Assembly (NCBI GenBank): GCA_965261335.1
Contig: OZ253450.1
Span: 2,438,650 to 2,502,649 of the forward strand
Source of the DNA: Candidatus Spongiihabitans sp.
GTDB taxonomy: Bacteria > Pseudomonadota > Gammaproteobacteria > Arenicellales > Poriferihabitantaceae
Direction of reading: 5' to 3'
DNA length: 64,000 bases
The notes under the pieces are model-generated. The model made no database searches, was not told where the DNA came from, and saw only the letters and a list, made by a program, of their open reading frames with translations. Position 1 is the stretch's first letter. Every line of letters starts with the position of its first letter. Shown here one piece after another: positions 30,503 through 40,545 of the stretch. Both the position numbers and the translations under genes were made by a program.

Positions 30503-31063
30503 ATGTTCGATATTGGCTTTTGGGAAATGGCGTTTATTGGCATCATCGCCTTGATAGTTATTGGTCCCGAACGGCTGCCCGGCGCAGCGCATCGGGTCGG
30601 TATATGGGTTGGCAAGAGTAGGCGCATGCTCAATGGGGTTATGGCGGATTTTAAGCAGGAAGTGAAAGCGTATGATGTTGAACAGCTCAACGCCGTAACA
30701 GATGAATTTAAGTCAACCAGCAAACAGATCAAAGAGGTTACCCGCGCAACAACGGATTCGCTCGGCTTGAAGGCGGTGGGCGATGCGATTAAGCAATCTG
30801 CAAGTGACCTATCTGATTCGGTGGTGCAGGAAGTCGGTGAAACCAAGCAGGTAGTCGAGCAAGCCCCCGTTTCGGTTAGCAAAAAAACGCCCCGTAAGCC
30901 CGTTACTAAAGCGGGGACAAGAAAAAAAACAACTACCCGCAAATCGAGCAGTCAAACAACGATTAAAAAATCAGCTACCACAAAAAAGAACCCCAAAAAA
31001 AGCACTAAAAAGACGCTCCGTAAAAAAGCACTCAAGCCAGCAACCGATAAAACCCGCGATTAA
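30503..31063 (+). CDS. tatB: twin-arginine translocase subunit TatB (long Lys/Thr-rich tail)
   Basis: MFDIGFWEMAFIGIIALIVIGPERLP, followed by a low-complexity KKTTTRKSS...KKNPKKSTKK C-terminus. Confidence 0.9.
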   Translation: MFDIGFWEMAFIGIIALIVIGPERLPGAAHRVGIWVGKSRRMLNGVMADFKQEVKAYDVEQLNAVTDEFKSTSKQIKEVTRATTDSLGLKAVGDAIKQSASDLSDSVVQEVGETKQVVEQAPVSVSKKTPRKPVTKAGTRKKTTTRKSSSQTTIKKSATTKKNPKKSTKKTLRKKALKPATDKTRD

Positions 31064-31071
31064 CGGCGAAA

Positions 31072-31842
31072 ATGACCAGTGAGGCAAAACCGCCTACCAG
31101 TGAAGGCACCTTAGTATCGCATTTGATTGAGCTACGAGATCGATTGCTTCGTGGTGTGCTTTCGGTGCTGGTGTTTTTTATTATTCTAGCTCCTTTTGCG
31201 GATTCCTTATATGAAGTGTTAGCGAGTCCACTGATGTCGGCATTACCAGCAGGTAACAGCATGATATCGACCGAGCCGCACGGGCCATTTTTTGTCCCCT
31301 TCAAGTTTGCTTTTGCCTGTGCCTTTGCCTTAGCGGTGCCCTATTTGTTGTATCAAATATGGGCATTCGTAGCCCCCGGATTGTATAAACATGAAAAAAA
31401 ACTGGTAGTGCCGTTATTGGTTTCCAGTAGTGGCTTGTTTTATCTGGGTATTGTGTTTGCCTATTTTGCGGTCTTTCCGCTCATTTTTCAGTTCTTTGCC
31501 AATACCGCCCCCGAAGGAGTGGCGGTGATGACCGATATTAACGCCTATCTGGGGTTCGTCATCAAACTGTTTTTCGCCTTTGGGGTCGCCTTTGAAGTGC
31601 CAGTAGCCACGGTATTGATGATTTATATGGGGGTAACCACCGAGCAGGAACTGGCTAAAAAACGACCCTATATCATTGTCGGCGCATTCGTAGTCGGCAT
31701 GTTGCTCACCCCGCCCGATATTTTTTCGCAAACGTTGCTGGCACTGCCAGTATGGCTTTTGTTTGAAGTCGGGTTGCTTTGCTCACGATTCTTGAAAACG
31801 ACTACGGACAACAACGAAAGCAATGGTGAACATCATGGTTGA
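31072..31842 (+). CDS. tatC: twin-arginine translocase subunit TatC
   Basis: 256 aa, 6 TM segments. HLIELRDRLL and GLYKHEKK motifs. Confidence 0.93.
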   Translation: MTSEAKPPTSEGTLVSHLIELRDRLLRGVLSVLVFFIILAPFADSLYEVLASPLMSALPAGNSMISTEPHGPFFVPFKFAFACAFALAVPYLLYQIWAFVAPGLYKHEKKLVVPLLVSSSGLFYLGIVFAYFAVFPLIFQFFANTAPEGVAVMTDINAYLGFVIKLFFAFGVAFEVPVATVLMIYMGVTTEQELAKKRPYIIVGAFVVGMLLTPPDIFSQTLLALPVWLLFEVGLLCSRFLKTTTDNNESNGEHHG

Positions 31843-31926
31843 TGTCAACTACAAAATTCTTGAATACGCATCAGTGCAACATGCCGAACTCATATTGAAT
31901 CGCTGTACTCATGTAAAATCAGTAAT

Positions 31927-33189
31927 ATGAATATTTTAACGCTCGGCTTGAATCACCAGACTGCTCCTATTGCAGTGCGCGAAAAGGCGACCTTTGGGGT
32001 GGATGTTATCCAGCATGCTTTGGCAGATTTGACGCAATCTGTTGGGGCAACGGAAGCGGTGATATTATCGACATGTAATAGAACGGAAATTTATTGTGGT
32101 CAGGCGAGCGATGACCGAGTCCATTTTTTGGCATGGTTGTCGGAATATAGTGGGCTGAATCAGGATGATTTGAACCAGTGCATTTATCAGTATCCCAACG
32201 AAGCTGCCGTCAAACATGCTTTTCGGGTCGCTTCGGGGTTGGATTCAATGGTATTGGGAGAGCCTCAAATTTTGGGTCAAATGAAAACAGCTTTTCTGAC
32301 GGCGGCACGGGTTGGTACCACTGGAAAAGTGTTGAACCGATTGTTTCAGCATACGTTTAGTGTTGCCAAGCAGGTGCGAGCGGATACAGCGATTGGGGTT
32401 AATTCGGTGTCGGTAGCGTATTCGGGAGTGAATCTGGCGAAGCGGGTATTTACATCTCTTTCGGATCAGACGGTATTATTGATTGGTGCAGGAGAAACGA
32501 TTGAATTGGTGGCACGATACCTAAATAAAAACAAAGTCCGGCGTATCATCATTGCCAATCGTTCCATCGACAAGGCGCGCACTTTGGCTAAAGCCCAAAC
32601 AGACGAAGGAGGTGACTGCGAAGTTATTACGCTTGCTCAAATTCCGGCTCGTTTGCATCATGCCGATATTGTGGTTAGCTCGACAGCCAGCACCTTGCCC
32701 ATTTTGGGAAAAGGTGCAATTGAACAGGCACTTAGAAAACGTAAGCATCGCCCGATATTTATTCTCGATTTAGCAGTGCCTCGAGATGTCGAATCAGAAG
32801 TTTGCCAGCTTAAAGATGTTTATTTATATACCGTTGATGACTTAAAATCGATGACTGATGAGAATCGCGAGATTCGCTTACGTGCTGCCGAAGAGGCCGA
32901 AAACATCATTGACTTTCAAGCGGTGAAGTTTATGCGCTGGATGCGTTCGTTAGACTCGGTGCCAGCAATCAAATCATTGAGAGCGAGCTTGAACGATTTG
33001 AAGCAGGCAGAATTGGAACGTGCACTTAAAAAATTAGCGAACGGAGGGGAGCCCGAACAAGTACTTGAGCAATTTGCTAGAGATTTGACCAACAAATTTG
33101 CACATCAGCCAAGTCAGGTACTCAAACAGGAGAATATTGATGGCAATGCCAGTATTATTTCGGCAGCCCGGAAATTATTTAATTTGTAA
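31927..33189 (+). CDS. hemA: glutamyl-tRNA reductase
   Basis: LGLNHQTAPI, LSTCNRTEIY and GAGETIE blocks. Confidence 0.95.
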   Translation: MNILTLGLNHQTAPIAVREKATFGVDVIQHALADLTQSVGATEAVILSTCNRTEIYCGQASDDRVHFLAWLSEYSGLNQDDLNQCIYQYPNEAAVKHAFRVASGLDSMVLGEPQILGQMKTAFLTAARVGTTGKVLNRLFQHTFSVAKQVRADTAIGVNSVSVAYSGVNLAKRVFTSLSDQTVLLIGAGETIELVARYLNKNKVRRIIIANRSIDKARTLAKAQTDEGGDCEVITLAQIPARLHHADIVVSSTASTLPILGKGAIEQALRKRKHRPIFILDLAVPRDVESEVCQLKDVYLYTVDDLKSMTDENREIRLRAAEEAENIIDFQAVKFMRWMRSLDSVPAIKSLRASLNDLKQAELERALKKLANGGEPEQVLEQFARDLTNKFAHQPSQVLKQENIDGNASIISAARKLFNL

Positions 33190-33286
33190 TCAGGTTTGTC
33201 CGCTCTGAGCGGTGCGAGTACAAGCGTATCGATAATCAAGAGTACGGAAAATAGCACAGAAAAATAGTCGCATAAAGAGTGTTGGA

Positions 33287-34369
33287 ATGAATCCATCTAT
33301 TACACAAAAATTTATTCAGGTTGCAGAGCGACACGAAGAGTTGCATGTATTGTTGTCAGACCCGTCTATCATTTCGAATCAGGAAAATTTCCGCAAACTA
33401 TCGATCGAGTTATCAGAGATTATTCCCATCGTAGAGACCTTCAATCAATATCAGGTTCTCGCTCATGAATTACTGGAAACACGCACCATGCTCGATGATG
33501 CGGACAGTTTGATTCAGAACATGGCAAAGGATGAATTGCCGACTCTGGAGCAACGTATGCAACAAAGTGAAAACACATTGCAAACGCTATTGCTACCCAA
33601 AGATGCGAATGATTCGCGCAATATTTATCTTGAAATTCGTGCTGGAACCGGCGGTGATGAAGCCGCATTGTTCTCAGGAGATTTATTCAAGATGTATCAC
33701 GCCTATGCCGAAAGTCGCCGCTGGCAGATCGAAATAATGAGTTGTAACGAGGGCGAACATGGCGGCTATAAAGAAATTATTAGCAAAATAGTGGGCTTGG
33801 GGGTGTATTCGAGATTGAAGTTTGAATCTGGCGCACATCGAGTACAACGTGTGCCTGAAACCGAATCTCAAGGACGCATACACACCTCCGCATGTACGGT
33901 TGCGGTGATGCCCGAAGCCGATGAAATGGATGAGATTGAAATAAACCCGGCCGATTTGCGCGTCGATACATTTCGTTCTTCGGGGGCAGGTGGGCAACAT
34001 GTCAACAAAACCGATTCTGCTATCCGTCTCACCCATCTGCCGAGCGGTGTGGTGGTGGAATGTCAGGATGGGCGTTCACAGCACAAAAATCGCGCTCAGG
34101 CAATGTCGGTACTCAAATCAAGATTGCTCGAAGCACAAACCAAACAGCAACAGCAAGCACAGGCCAGTACGCGCAAATCTTTAGTCGGTAGCGGAGATCG
34201 TTCTGAACGGATTCGCACCTACAATTACCCGCAAGGCAGAATCACAGATCATCGGGTCAATTTGACGTTGTATAAGCTGGATGACGTGCTATCGGGCAAC
34301 CTCGATCAAATTGTCAACCCACTGATAGCCGAGCATCAGGCACAGTTGCTGTCTGAATTGAATGCTTGA
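33287..34369 (+). CDS. prfA: peptide chain release factor 1
   Basis: PET tripeptide in [15 protein letters not shown] and GGQ motif in [14 protein letters not shown]. Confidence 0.96.
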   Translation: MNPSITQKFIQVAERHEELHVLLSDPSIISNQENFRKLSIELSEIIPIVETFNQYQVLAHELLETRTMLDDADSLIQNMAKDELPTLEQRMQQSENTLQTLLLPKDANDSRNIYLEIRAGTGGDEAALFSGDLFKMYHAYAESRRWQIEIMSCNEGEHGGYKEIISKIVGLGVYSRLKFESGAHRVQRVPETESQGRIHTSACTVAVMPEADEMDEIEINPADLRVDTFRSSGAGGQHVNKTDSAIRLTHLPSGVVVECQDGRSQHKNRAQAMSVLKSRLLEAQTKQQQQAQASTRKSLVGSGDRSERIRTYNYPQGRITDHRVNLTLYKLDDVLSGNLDQIVNPLIAEHQAQLLSELNA

Positions 34370-35295
34370 ATGTTGTAGTTCCGTTGACTGCCACAAAATT
34401 ATTACATTGGGCGATAGTGCGGCTACGCTTGCTCGAAGCAGTCGGTCAGGATATGGAGATGGATGCCAGAATGTTGCTCGCACATGTATTAGGAATCAAT
34501 CCGATTGACCTGCTTATTGACCTTATCAAGCATGAGGAGCCGCTATTATCCGTTACGCAAATCAAAGATTTTAAAAAACTCATCGGCAAGCGACAAACGG
34601 GCATTCCGATTGCCTACTTAATCGGAAACTGCGAGTTTTGGTCGCTATCGATAGAAGTTAATAAACAGGTTCTCATTCCGCGTGGCGACACCGAAACACT
34701 GGTCGTGGGTGTATTGGGGATTTTGAATCTCGATGAGTATGCGGGCGATGCCAATACCAGCGTTTTAGAGTTGGGCACAGGTAGCGGTGCGGTTGCATTG
34801 GCGTTAGCATCAGAATTGCCAGAGATAACTATAACGGCTACGGATAATTCACTGTCGGCACTCGCCGTTGCACAACACAATCAAGCGACTTTGAATGGAT
34901 TGGTCAGAGAATCAGGCATAGTGAACATGAGCAACATCCAATTTCTACATAGCGATTGGTTTGAGAATATCAGCACCGAAAAATACCACCTGATTTGTTC
35001 AAATCCGCCCTACCTCGCTGCCAATGACATCCATTTACAATGCGGTGACCTGCGCTTTGAGCCGAGAAAGGCGTTGGTTGCGGATGAGTATGACATGGAT
35101 GGCTATGGAGCAATTACACATATCATACGACATGCTAAAAGCTATATTCACCAATCGGGGTGGCTTGCACTTGAGCATGGTAGCGATCAACGACAAGGCG
35201 TACAGGCGTTATTAGCAGATTATGGTTATACCCACATCGTTACCGAGCAGGATGTTGCTGGATGCGACCGGGTGACTGTGGCACAAGTCGGTTAA
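34366..35295 (+). CDS. prmC: release-factor glutamine N5-methyltransferase
   Basis: [12 protein letters not shown] and NPPY (CSNPPYL). Putative TTG start overlaps the prfA stop; the start is uncertain. Confidence 0.88.
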   Translation: MNVVVPLTATKLLHWAIVRLRLLEAVGQDMEMDARMLLAHVLGINPIDLLIDLIKHEEPLLSVTQIKDFKKLIGKRQTGIPIAYLIGNCEFWSLSIEVNKQVLIPRGDTETLVVGVLGILNLDEYAGDANTSVLELGTGSGAVALALASELPEITITATDNSLSALAVAQHNQATLNGLVRESGIVNMSNIQFLHSDWFENISTEKYHLICSNPPYLAANDIHLQCGDLRFEPRKALVADEYDMDGYGAITHIIRHAKSYIHQSGWLALEHGSDQRQGVQALLADYGYTHIVTEQDVAGCDRVTVAQVG

Positions 35296-35364
35296 GATGC
35301 ATCGATTCATTGTTTTGCGTCTCTTTTCCGTACGGGCTACTTGAGTTCTTGATCTCTTGGTGAT

Positions 35365-35426
35365 GAGACTGTGCAAGAAACCCAATATCGTGGGCTTGTC
35401 GGAAAATGGAGTTTTTAGCTTGTTGC
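35365..35426 (+). repeat. composite repeat: MITE-B terminal ~27 bp joined to the left ~35 bp of MITE-A (paralog of 21719..21794)
   Basis: GAGACTGTGCAAGAAACCCAATATCGT|GGGCTTGTCGGAAAATGGAGTTTTTAGCTTGTTGCGATA. Confidence 0.75.
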
Positions 35427-36278
35427 GATAAGCCCTGTGCAGGATTCTATTGTTTTCTTTACCCAATTTCTCGTCATTGTCTTTGTTGGCACTTGTGCCC
35501 TGTGGGTATAGGCACTGTCTGCGTAAACTTGTCCGTGCCTATCGCCTAACAGATGTTCAAACTCCCCAAAATCATGCAATGAATCATGCGCATTGCCATG
35601 CGTATAGGTCATTTTCTTGATAGCCATATTCATCGGTATTGGCGTGCAACTTAAATCCGTAGGTACTTTTACGCCTGCCATCGGATGCCGTTTTCACGTT
35701 CCATGCCTCTTCTGGGTCTTGGGTATTGTGCCTTGTTTGTTCTTTTTAGAACGGCATTGCTTCGCCTCAATCACAGTTGCATCGATAATATTGACCGAGC
35801 CTGTGGCAACAATAAGACTGTTTTTAGCGAGATGATGATTGATCTGCACCAATAAAAGAATCAAGCAGATTTTCGGTGTGTAATAAGTTCCTAAACCGCC
35901 AAATAGCGGAATGATCGGGTACTGCATCACTGAGACTCAAACCGATAAACCGGCGGAACATTAAATCCCGGGCTATCTGTTCTTCTAAGGCTTCATCGCT
36001 TAAGTTATACCGTGCCTGTAAAATCAGTATCTTAAACATCATCAAAGGTGGGCATACCCAAAGGGCACAAGTGCCGGCACACCGCGCTTGGAGGCATAAA
36101 GATGGCTGAGCGTGGTTTCGATCTGTTTCCAATCGATAATTTCATGCACATCATCTAGTTTGGACAATGACTTATGCTCAATTAAAAGGGCATCTGCGAA
36201 CGAGTATTGGGCGGTTTATTTCCAAGACATTTGACGGTATCCTCAAGGGTTTATTGAATGAACGCTATTTTACCATTT
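35427..36278 (-). mobile_element. IS5-family element, copy 3, truncated at both ends
   Basis: ORFs 35415..35681, 35694..35930 and 35824..36132 parallel copy 1. This copy retains the N-terminal segment PPLMMFKILILQARYNLSDEALEEQ that copy 1 lacks. Both TIRs are absent. Confidence 0.8.
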
Positions 36279-36897
36279 GAATTCACATAATAAGTGCAAC
36301 ACCCCTTGCCGATAACACAATCAGCCTACAATCGCCTATACGCAAGCGACTGTCCACTATACTGGGTCTATCAGCAATATCAACCCGATTAGGGATGCGT
36401 CTGCGGTAATCGTTTGCCATAACGCTTGCGATATTTCACCCTGATGGCGCAAGTATCGATATAACGACCCATCCGCTACTTTATTTTTCAAAATGAGACG
36501 ATAGATGGATTCGGTGCTAATACTGATGTTTTCCTCCTCTCTCTTGCCGACCGCTAATTTGTTCAGGACTCCAATACAGCGCAAGCTTTTGTTGAATATG
36601 AAGATTTAACTCGCCATTGAACTTGATGTGCTTTTGCTTATGCCGCGTTTGGGCAAAGCGGTGGGCTTGTTTGTAGCGATAGCCGTTGCCCCCGGTATTG
36701 CGTTTAATTTCACGGCTGATGGTTGACTTAACTTCTGCCCATGGTTTTAGCGATTTCTGTCAGTGTACAATGTTGCTGATTCATGAGGTAAAGGTGGTCT
36801 CTTTCTTGTTCAGTCAAATGGGTATATCTCGTCAGTTAAAAGAGTACGAGTGTACCCTTTGACTGACTTAGGAGTGTTGCACTTATTATGCGAATTC
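36279..36897 (-). mobile_element. IS30-family internal-deletion derivative (619 bp) with both TIRs
   Basis: GAATTCACATAATAAGTGCAACAC...GTGTTGCACTTATTATGCGAATTC. It retains the N-terminal half of the transposase (ORF 36357..36584) and lacks the region equivalent to about 21822..22265. Confidence 0.8.
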
Positions 36898-37011
36898 AAG
36901 ATGGTTAGGTTTTGATAGGGACATTCGTCGTTCTATCCCCCTATCGGGGGCTTGAGTGACAAGCCCCCTGACAAGGGGGGGGAATGACAAATATTGGTTT
37001 TTTGTACCACC
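36898..37011 (+). repeat. MITE-B partial copy (3' part) with G8/C5 hairpins
   Basis: ...GGAATGACAAATATTGGTTTTTTGTACCACC matches the MITE-B 3' end. The 5' end is replaced at the IS30 junction. Confidence 0.6.
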
Positions 37012-37185
37012 TATTCCGCAGGAATTCAGTAAAACAGGCGTTATCAAGCCTCTGACAATAAAATTTCGAATAACTGGATGGTTTTCCCTATCTTGGCAAA
37101 GTTTCGTTATAATTTGAACACAAACACGAAACGAGACTTTAGTCTAGTGGCAAAGGTTACACGACTAGAGCTGCACTCGAACAAG

Positions 37186-38214
37186 ATGCAAAACTCTCGA
37201 ATTATGAGACACGCCCCCATGAAAAATATCCTCTTACTGCTTGTTGCTACCACACTGACTACAACTGCTGTTGCAAGGGCAGCATGCCCATCAAATGACG
37301 TGGCTTTTTGTTCACAATATGAATCAGCAGAGCAGGGGAATGCGAGTGCGCAATATCTTTTGGGCTGGATGTACAAAAATGGCGAAGGTATAGCGAAGAA
37401 TAATCACAAAGCAGTACGTTGGCTACGCGAGTCGGCAGAGCAAGGGAATGCGGATGCACAATATTTTTTGGGTGTGATGTACGATAGCGATAAAGGCATC
37501 GCACAGAATAATCACAAAGCGGTGCGCTGGTATCGCAAATCGGCAGAGCAGGGGCATGTGAGAGCACAATATAGTTTGGGTGTGATGTACGACAATGGCG
37601 AAGGCATAGAGCAGGATTACCACAAGGCGACGCACTGGTATCACAAATCAGCACAGCAGGGGCATGCAAAAGCACAATATAATTTGGGTGTGATGTATTT
37701 CAATGGCGACGGCATCGCACAGGATAAGCACAAAGCGGTGCGCTGGTATCGTCAGTCGGCGGAGCAGGGATATGCGCGGGCACAATATAATTTGGCTGTG
37801 ATGTACGCCAGTGGTGACGGTATCGCACAGGATAAGCACAAAGCGGTGCGCTGGTATCATCGGTCGGCAGAGCAGGGGGATGCGTACGCACAATATAATT
37901 TGGCTGTGATGTATGACAATGGCGAAGGAACAGCACGGAATAAGCGCGAAGCGGTGCGCTGGTATCGTCAATCGGCAGAGCGGGGGGAGGTAAACGCACA
38001 AATTAATTTGGGCTGGATGTATTGGAACGGCGAGGGCGTTATTACCGATCAGCGCAAGGCGTATATCTGGTGGTCTGTTGCGAAAGCAAACAGCAATGAA
38101 AATGCGACTAGAGAAATACATAACAGAAATTGGGACGAGTATTTGACAACCACAGAAATAAAATCAGCTCGCTATGAAGCGAAACAGATATTGGATGCCA
38201 TTGATCAGCTGTAA
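37186..38214 (+). CDS. secreted Sel1-repeat (SLR/TPR-like) protein, 7 clear repeats
   Basis: Seven repeats of about 36 aa (SAEQG.A.AQY.LG.MY..G.GI.Q..HKAVRWYR). Signal peptide MKNILLLLVATTLTTTAVARA. Candidate starts are at 37186, 37204 and 37219. Confidence 0.85.
   Translation: MQNSRIMRHAPMKNILLLLVATTLTTTAVARAACPSNDVAFCSQYESAEQGNASAQYLLGWMYKNGEGIAKNNHKAVRWLRESAEQGNADAQYFLGVMYDSDKGIAQNNHKAVRWYRKSAEQGHVRAQYSLGVMYDNGEGIEQDYHKATHWYHKSAQQGHAKAQYNLGVMYFNGDGIAQDKHKAVRWYRQSAEQGYARAQYNLAVMYASGDGIAQDKHKAVRWYHRSAEQGDAYAQYNLAVMYDNGEGTARNKREAVRWYRQSAERGEVNAQINLGWMYWNGEGVITDQRKAYIWWSVAKANSNENATREIHNRNWDEYLTTTEIKSARYEAKQILDAIDQL
37321..38077 (+). repeat. tandem 108-bp coding repeats (Sel1 units)
   Basis: Periodicity is seen in both the DNA and the protein. 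It generates the spurious antisense ORFs 37259..38121. Confidence 0.8.
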
Positions 38215-38399
38215 AGCAAGTTCCAAACAATAACGCGAAAAACATCGGAACGGGACTTCAGTACCATCCGTTTGTACTGTTATTTCCCCCCCCCCATTAT
38301 GCCGTTTGCCCCTTAATCAGTTTTGTCATCCCTGCGCGGGTGGCTTCGGAAGCGTACCCGATACCATGCCAAAAGATGGACCAAAGTCCCACTTCCGAT

Positions 38400-38425
38400 C
38401 ATTTTTTGAATTAACCGACAGTCCC
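38400..38425 (+). repeat. MITE-A right-end fragment (~25 bp)
   Basis: TTTTTGAATTAACCGACAGTCCC compared with GATTTTGAATTAACCGACAAGCC. Confidence 0.5.
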
Positions 38426-38677
38426 ATTATGCAAAGTTCTGAGTATTATCAGAACATAAGCGAAGACAACCCGATTTGTCTCATCGGTATTGAACACGGA
38501 CGAGTCTTTCGTAGGGTCTGGGTTATGGTGTAGAATCTCCGCAGGGCTTGGTTGCGTTCTATCGAGTGTCGAGTTGTTAGCGTAAACGGTTGGTCATGGT
38601 TGTTGTCCGTTTTGTTGCTTTCTTGCTGGGGATTGGGATTATAATTGATACAATTCGTAAACGTGTAGGAGGATATT

Positions 38678-39136
38678 TTGGATTTAAGAAAAGTTAAAAA
38701 ACTGATTGAATTGCTAGAGTCTTCAGCGTTGGTGGAAATGGAAATTACTGAAGGGGAGAATACGATTCGCTTGAGTCGAGCTTCTGCTGTGGGGATGCCG
38801 ATGCCAAGCCATCCTGTGAACACGCAGAATATGACGGATCAAGCCACAGTTGGACAGGTTGGCGTATCTCGGGATGAAATTGTGCCATTGCCGATTGAGC
38901 AGGGCGATGAGGTCAAGTCACCGATGGTGGGTACGTTTTATGTCTCCTCTTCACCTGATTCAGAACCTTATGTTACGCTGGGATCGGTTGTTCAAGTTGG
39001 AGATGTGTTGTGCATTATCGAGGCGATGAAAACATTTAATCAGTTGGATGCGGATGTTGCTGGAACGGTCAAAGCGATTTACAAATCTCATGGCGATCCG
39101 GTCGAGTTTGGTGAGCCACTGTTTTTAATCGGCTGA
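38678..39136 (+). CDS. accB: biotin carboxyl carrier protein of acetyl-CoA carboxylase
   Basis: MDLRKVKKLIELLESS and biotinyl-Lys motif IEAMKTFNQL. TTG start with a GTAGGAGG SD upstream. Confidence 0.93.
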   Translation: MDLRKVKKLIELLESSALVEMEITEGENTIRLSRASAVGMPMPSHPVNTQNMTDQATVGQVGVSRDEIVPLPIEQGDEVKSPMVGTFYVSSSPDSEPYVTLGSVVQVGDVLCIIEAMKTFNQLDADVAGTVKAIYKSHGDPVEFGEPLFLIG

Positions 39137-39150
39137 ACTGAAATTCCTCA

Positions 39151-40506
39151 ATGAATCAAATAAAAAAGCTGGTCATAGCGAACCGCGGCGAAATTGCTTT
39201 GCGGATTTTGCGAGCTTGTCGTCAATTAGATATTTTGACGGTCGCATTACATTCCGAAGCCGACCATGATGCAAAATATGTACGCCTTGCCGATGAATCG
39301 GTTTGTATTGGCCCTGCGCCTGCAACCGAGAGTTACTTGAACATCGCTTCGGTTATTTCTGCAGCTGAGGTTACGCAGGCGAATGCGATACATCCAGGTT
39401 ATGGATTTCTGTCCGAAAATGCTGATTTTGCCGAGCAGGTGGAGCAAAGTGGATTTATTTTTGTAGGTCCGATTGCGGAAACAATTCGCACAATGGGCGA
39501 TAAAATTTCAGCTATTGCGGCTATGCGTGCCGCTGGAGTTCCTTGTGTACCCGGCTCTGATGGTCCGATTTCGGATAAACCGGATGAGATTATTGATGTC
39601 GCCAGAAAAATTGGTTTTCCGTTAATGATCAAAGCCAGTGGCGGTGGCGGAGGCAAAGGGATGCGGGTGGTCCATGAAGAAGCCGCTTTATTGGAGTCTG
39701 TTCATACCACGAGAACCGAGGCACAAGCTGCTTTTGGAAATGGCGTTTTGTATATGGAGCGATTTCTGGAGAAGCCTCGACATATCGAATTCCAAGTGCT
39801 TGCGGATAGTTTTGGGCATGCTATTCATCTGGGCGACCGCGATTGCTCGATGCAAAGACGGCATCAAAAAGTGATCGAAGAAGCACCCGCACCGGGTATC
39901 ACCGACCAGCAACGTAATGAAATTGGTTCGCGTTGTGTGCAGGCGTGTAAGGAAATTGGCTATCGGGGAGTGGGGACATTTGAATTTCTTTATGAGGAGG
40001 GGGAGTTCTTTTTTATCGAAATGAATACCCGTATTCAAGTCGAACATCCAGTTACCGAAATGATTACCGGTATTGATCTTTTGCAAGAACAAATCCGAGT
40101 TGCTGATGGCGGAAAGCTTCGTTTCACACAGGATGATATTCATTTTCGGGGGCATGCCTTCGAATGCCGTATCAATGCGGAAGACCCAGATACATTTCTG
40201 CCTTGCCCTGGTCAGGTTCATCGGTATCACATGGCAGGCGGTCCAGGGGTTCGAGTTGACTCGCATGTTTATAATCATTACTCTATTCCGCCTTATTATG
40301 ATTCTATGATTGGGAAAGTTATTACCCACGGCATGCACCGTAGCGAGGCATTAGCACGCATGAAAGGAGCCTTACAGGAGATGGTCATCGAAGGCATTAA
40401 AACCAATTTGCCATTGCATCGTGAATTGGTTCAGGATGTGCGATTCGTCGAGGGCGGATGCGATATACATTATCTTGAAAAAAAGTTGGCAAAAAAAGCA
40501 CAATAA
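39151..40506 (+). CDS. accC: biotin carboxylase
   Basis: 451 aa. [22 protein letters not shown] and [14 protein letters not shown]. Confidence 0.96.
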   Translation: MNQIKKLVIANRGEIALRILRACRQLDILTVALHSEADHDAKYVRLADESVCIGPAPATESYLNIASVISAAEVTQANAIHPGYGFLSENADFAEQVEQSGFIFVGPIAETIRTMGDKISAIAAMRAAGVPCVPGSDGPISDKPDEIIDVARKIGFPLMIKASGGGGGKGMRVVHEEAALLESVHTTRTEAQAAFGNGVLYMERFLEKPRHIEFQVLADSFGHAIHLGDRDCSMQRRHQKVIEEAPAPGITDQQRNEIGSRCVQACKEIGYRGVGTFEFLYEEGEFFFIEMNTRIQVEHPVTEMITGIDLLQEQIRVADGGKLRFTQDDIHFRGHAFECRINAEDPDTFLPCPGQVHRYHMAGGPGVRVDSHVYNHYSIPPYYDSMIGKVITHGMHRSEALARMKGALQEMVIEGIKTNLPLHRELVQDVRFVEGGCDIHYLEKKLAKKAQ

Positions 40507-40545
40507 TCCTGTTTGCTCATAAAATTACACGCTCCTAAATTCCAG

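Noticed and set aside
37130-37180. tRNA-like or structured RNA upstream of the Sel1 gene (CTAGTGG...ACTAG)
   Set aside because: It forms only a 5-bp stem. There is no cloverleaf and no conserved T-loop or D-loop sequences.
37259-38121. Four antisense ORFs (73-157 aa) opposite the Sel1-repeat gene
   Set aside because: They are repeat-driven open frames with low-complexity, His/Cys/Pro-rich periodic translations. The sense strand has clear Sel1 homology.
38560-38677. Sigma70 promoter for accB (TATAAT at about 38638)
   Set aside because: A good -10 hexamer is present, but I could not find a -35 element at acceptable 16-18 bp spacing with confidence.
39688-40338. 216-aa antisense ORF inside accC, with similar shadow ORFs inside tatB (30466..30942), purH (42992..43525) and dctM (17936..18253, 18485..18841)
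   Set aside because: The opposite strand encodes highly conserved proteins. These shadow ORFs have no motifs and unusual composition.
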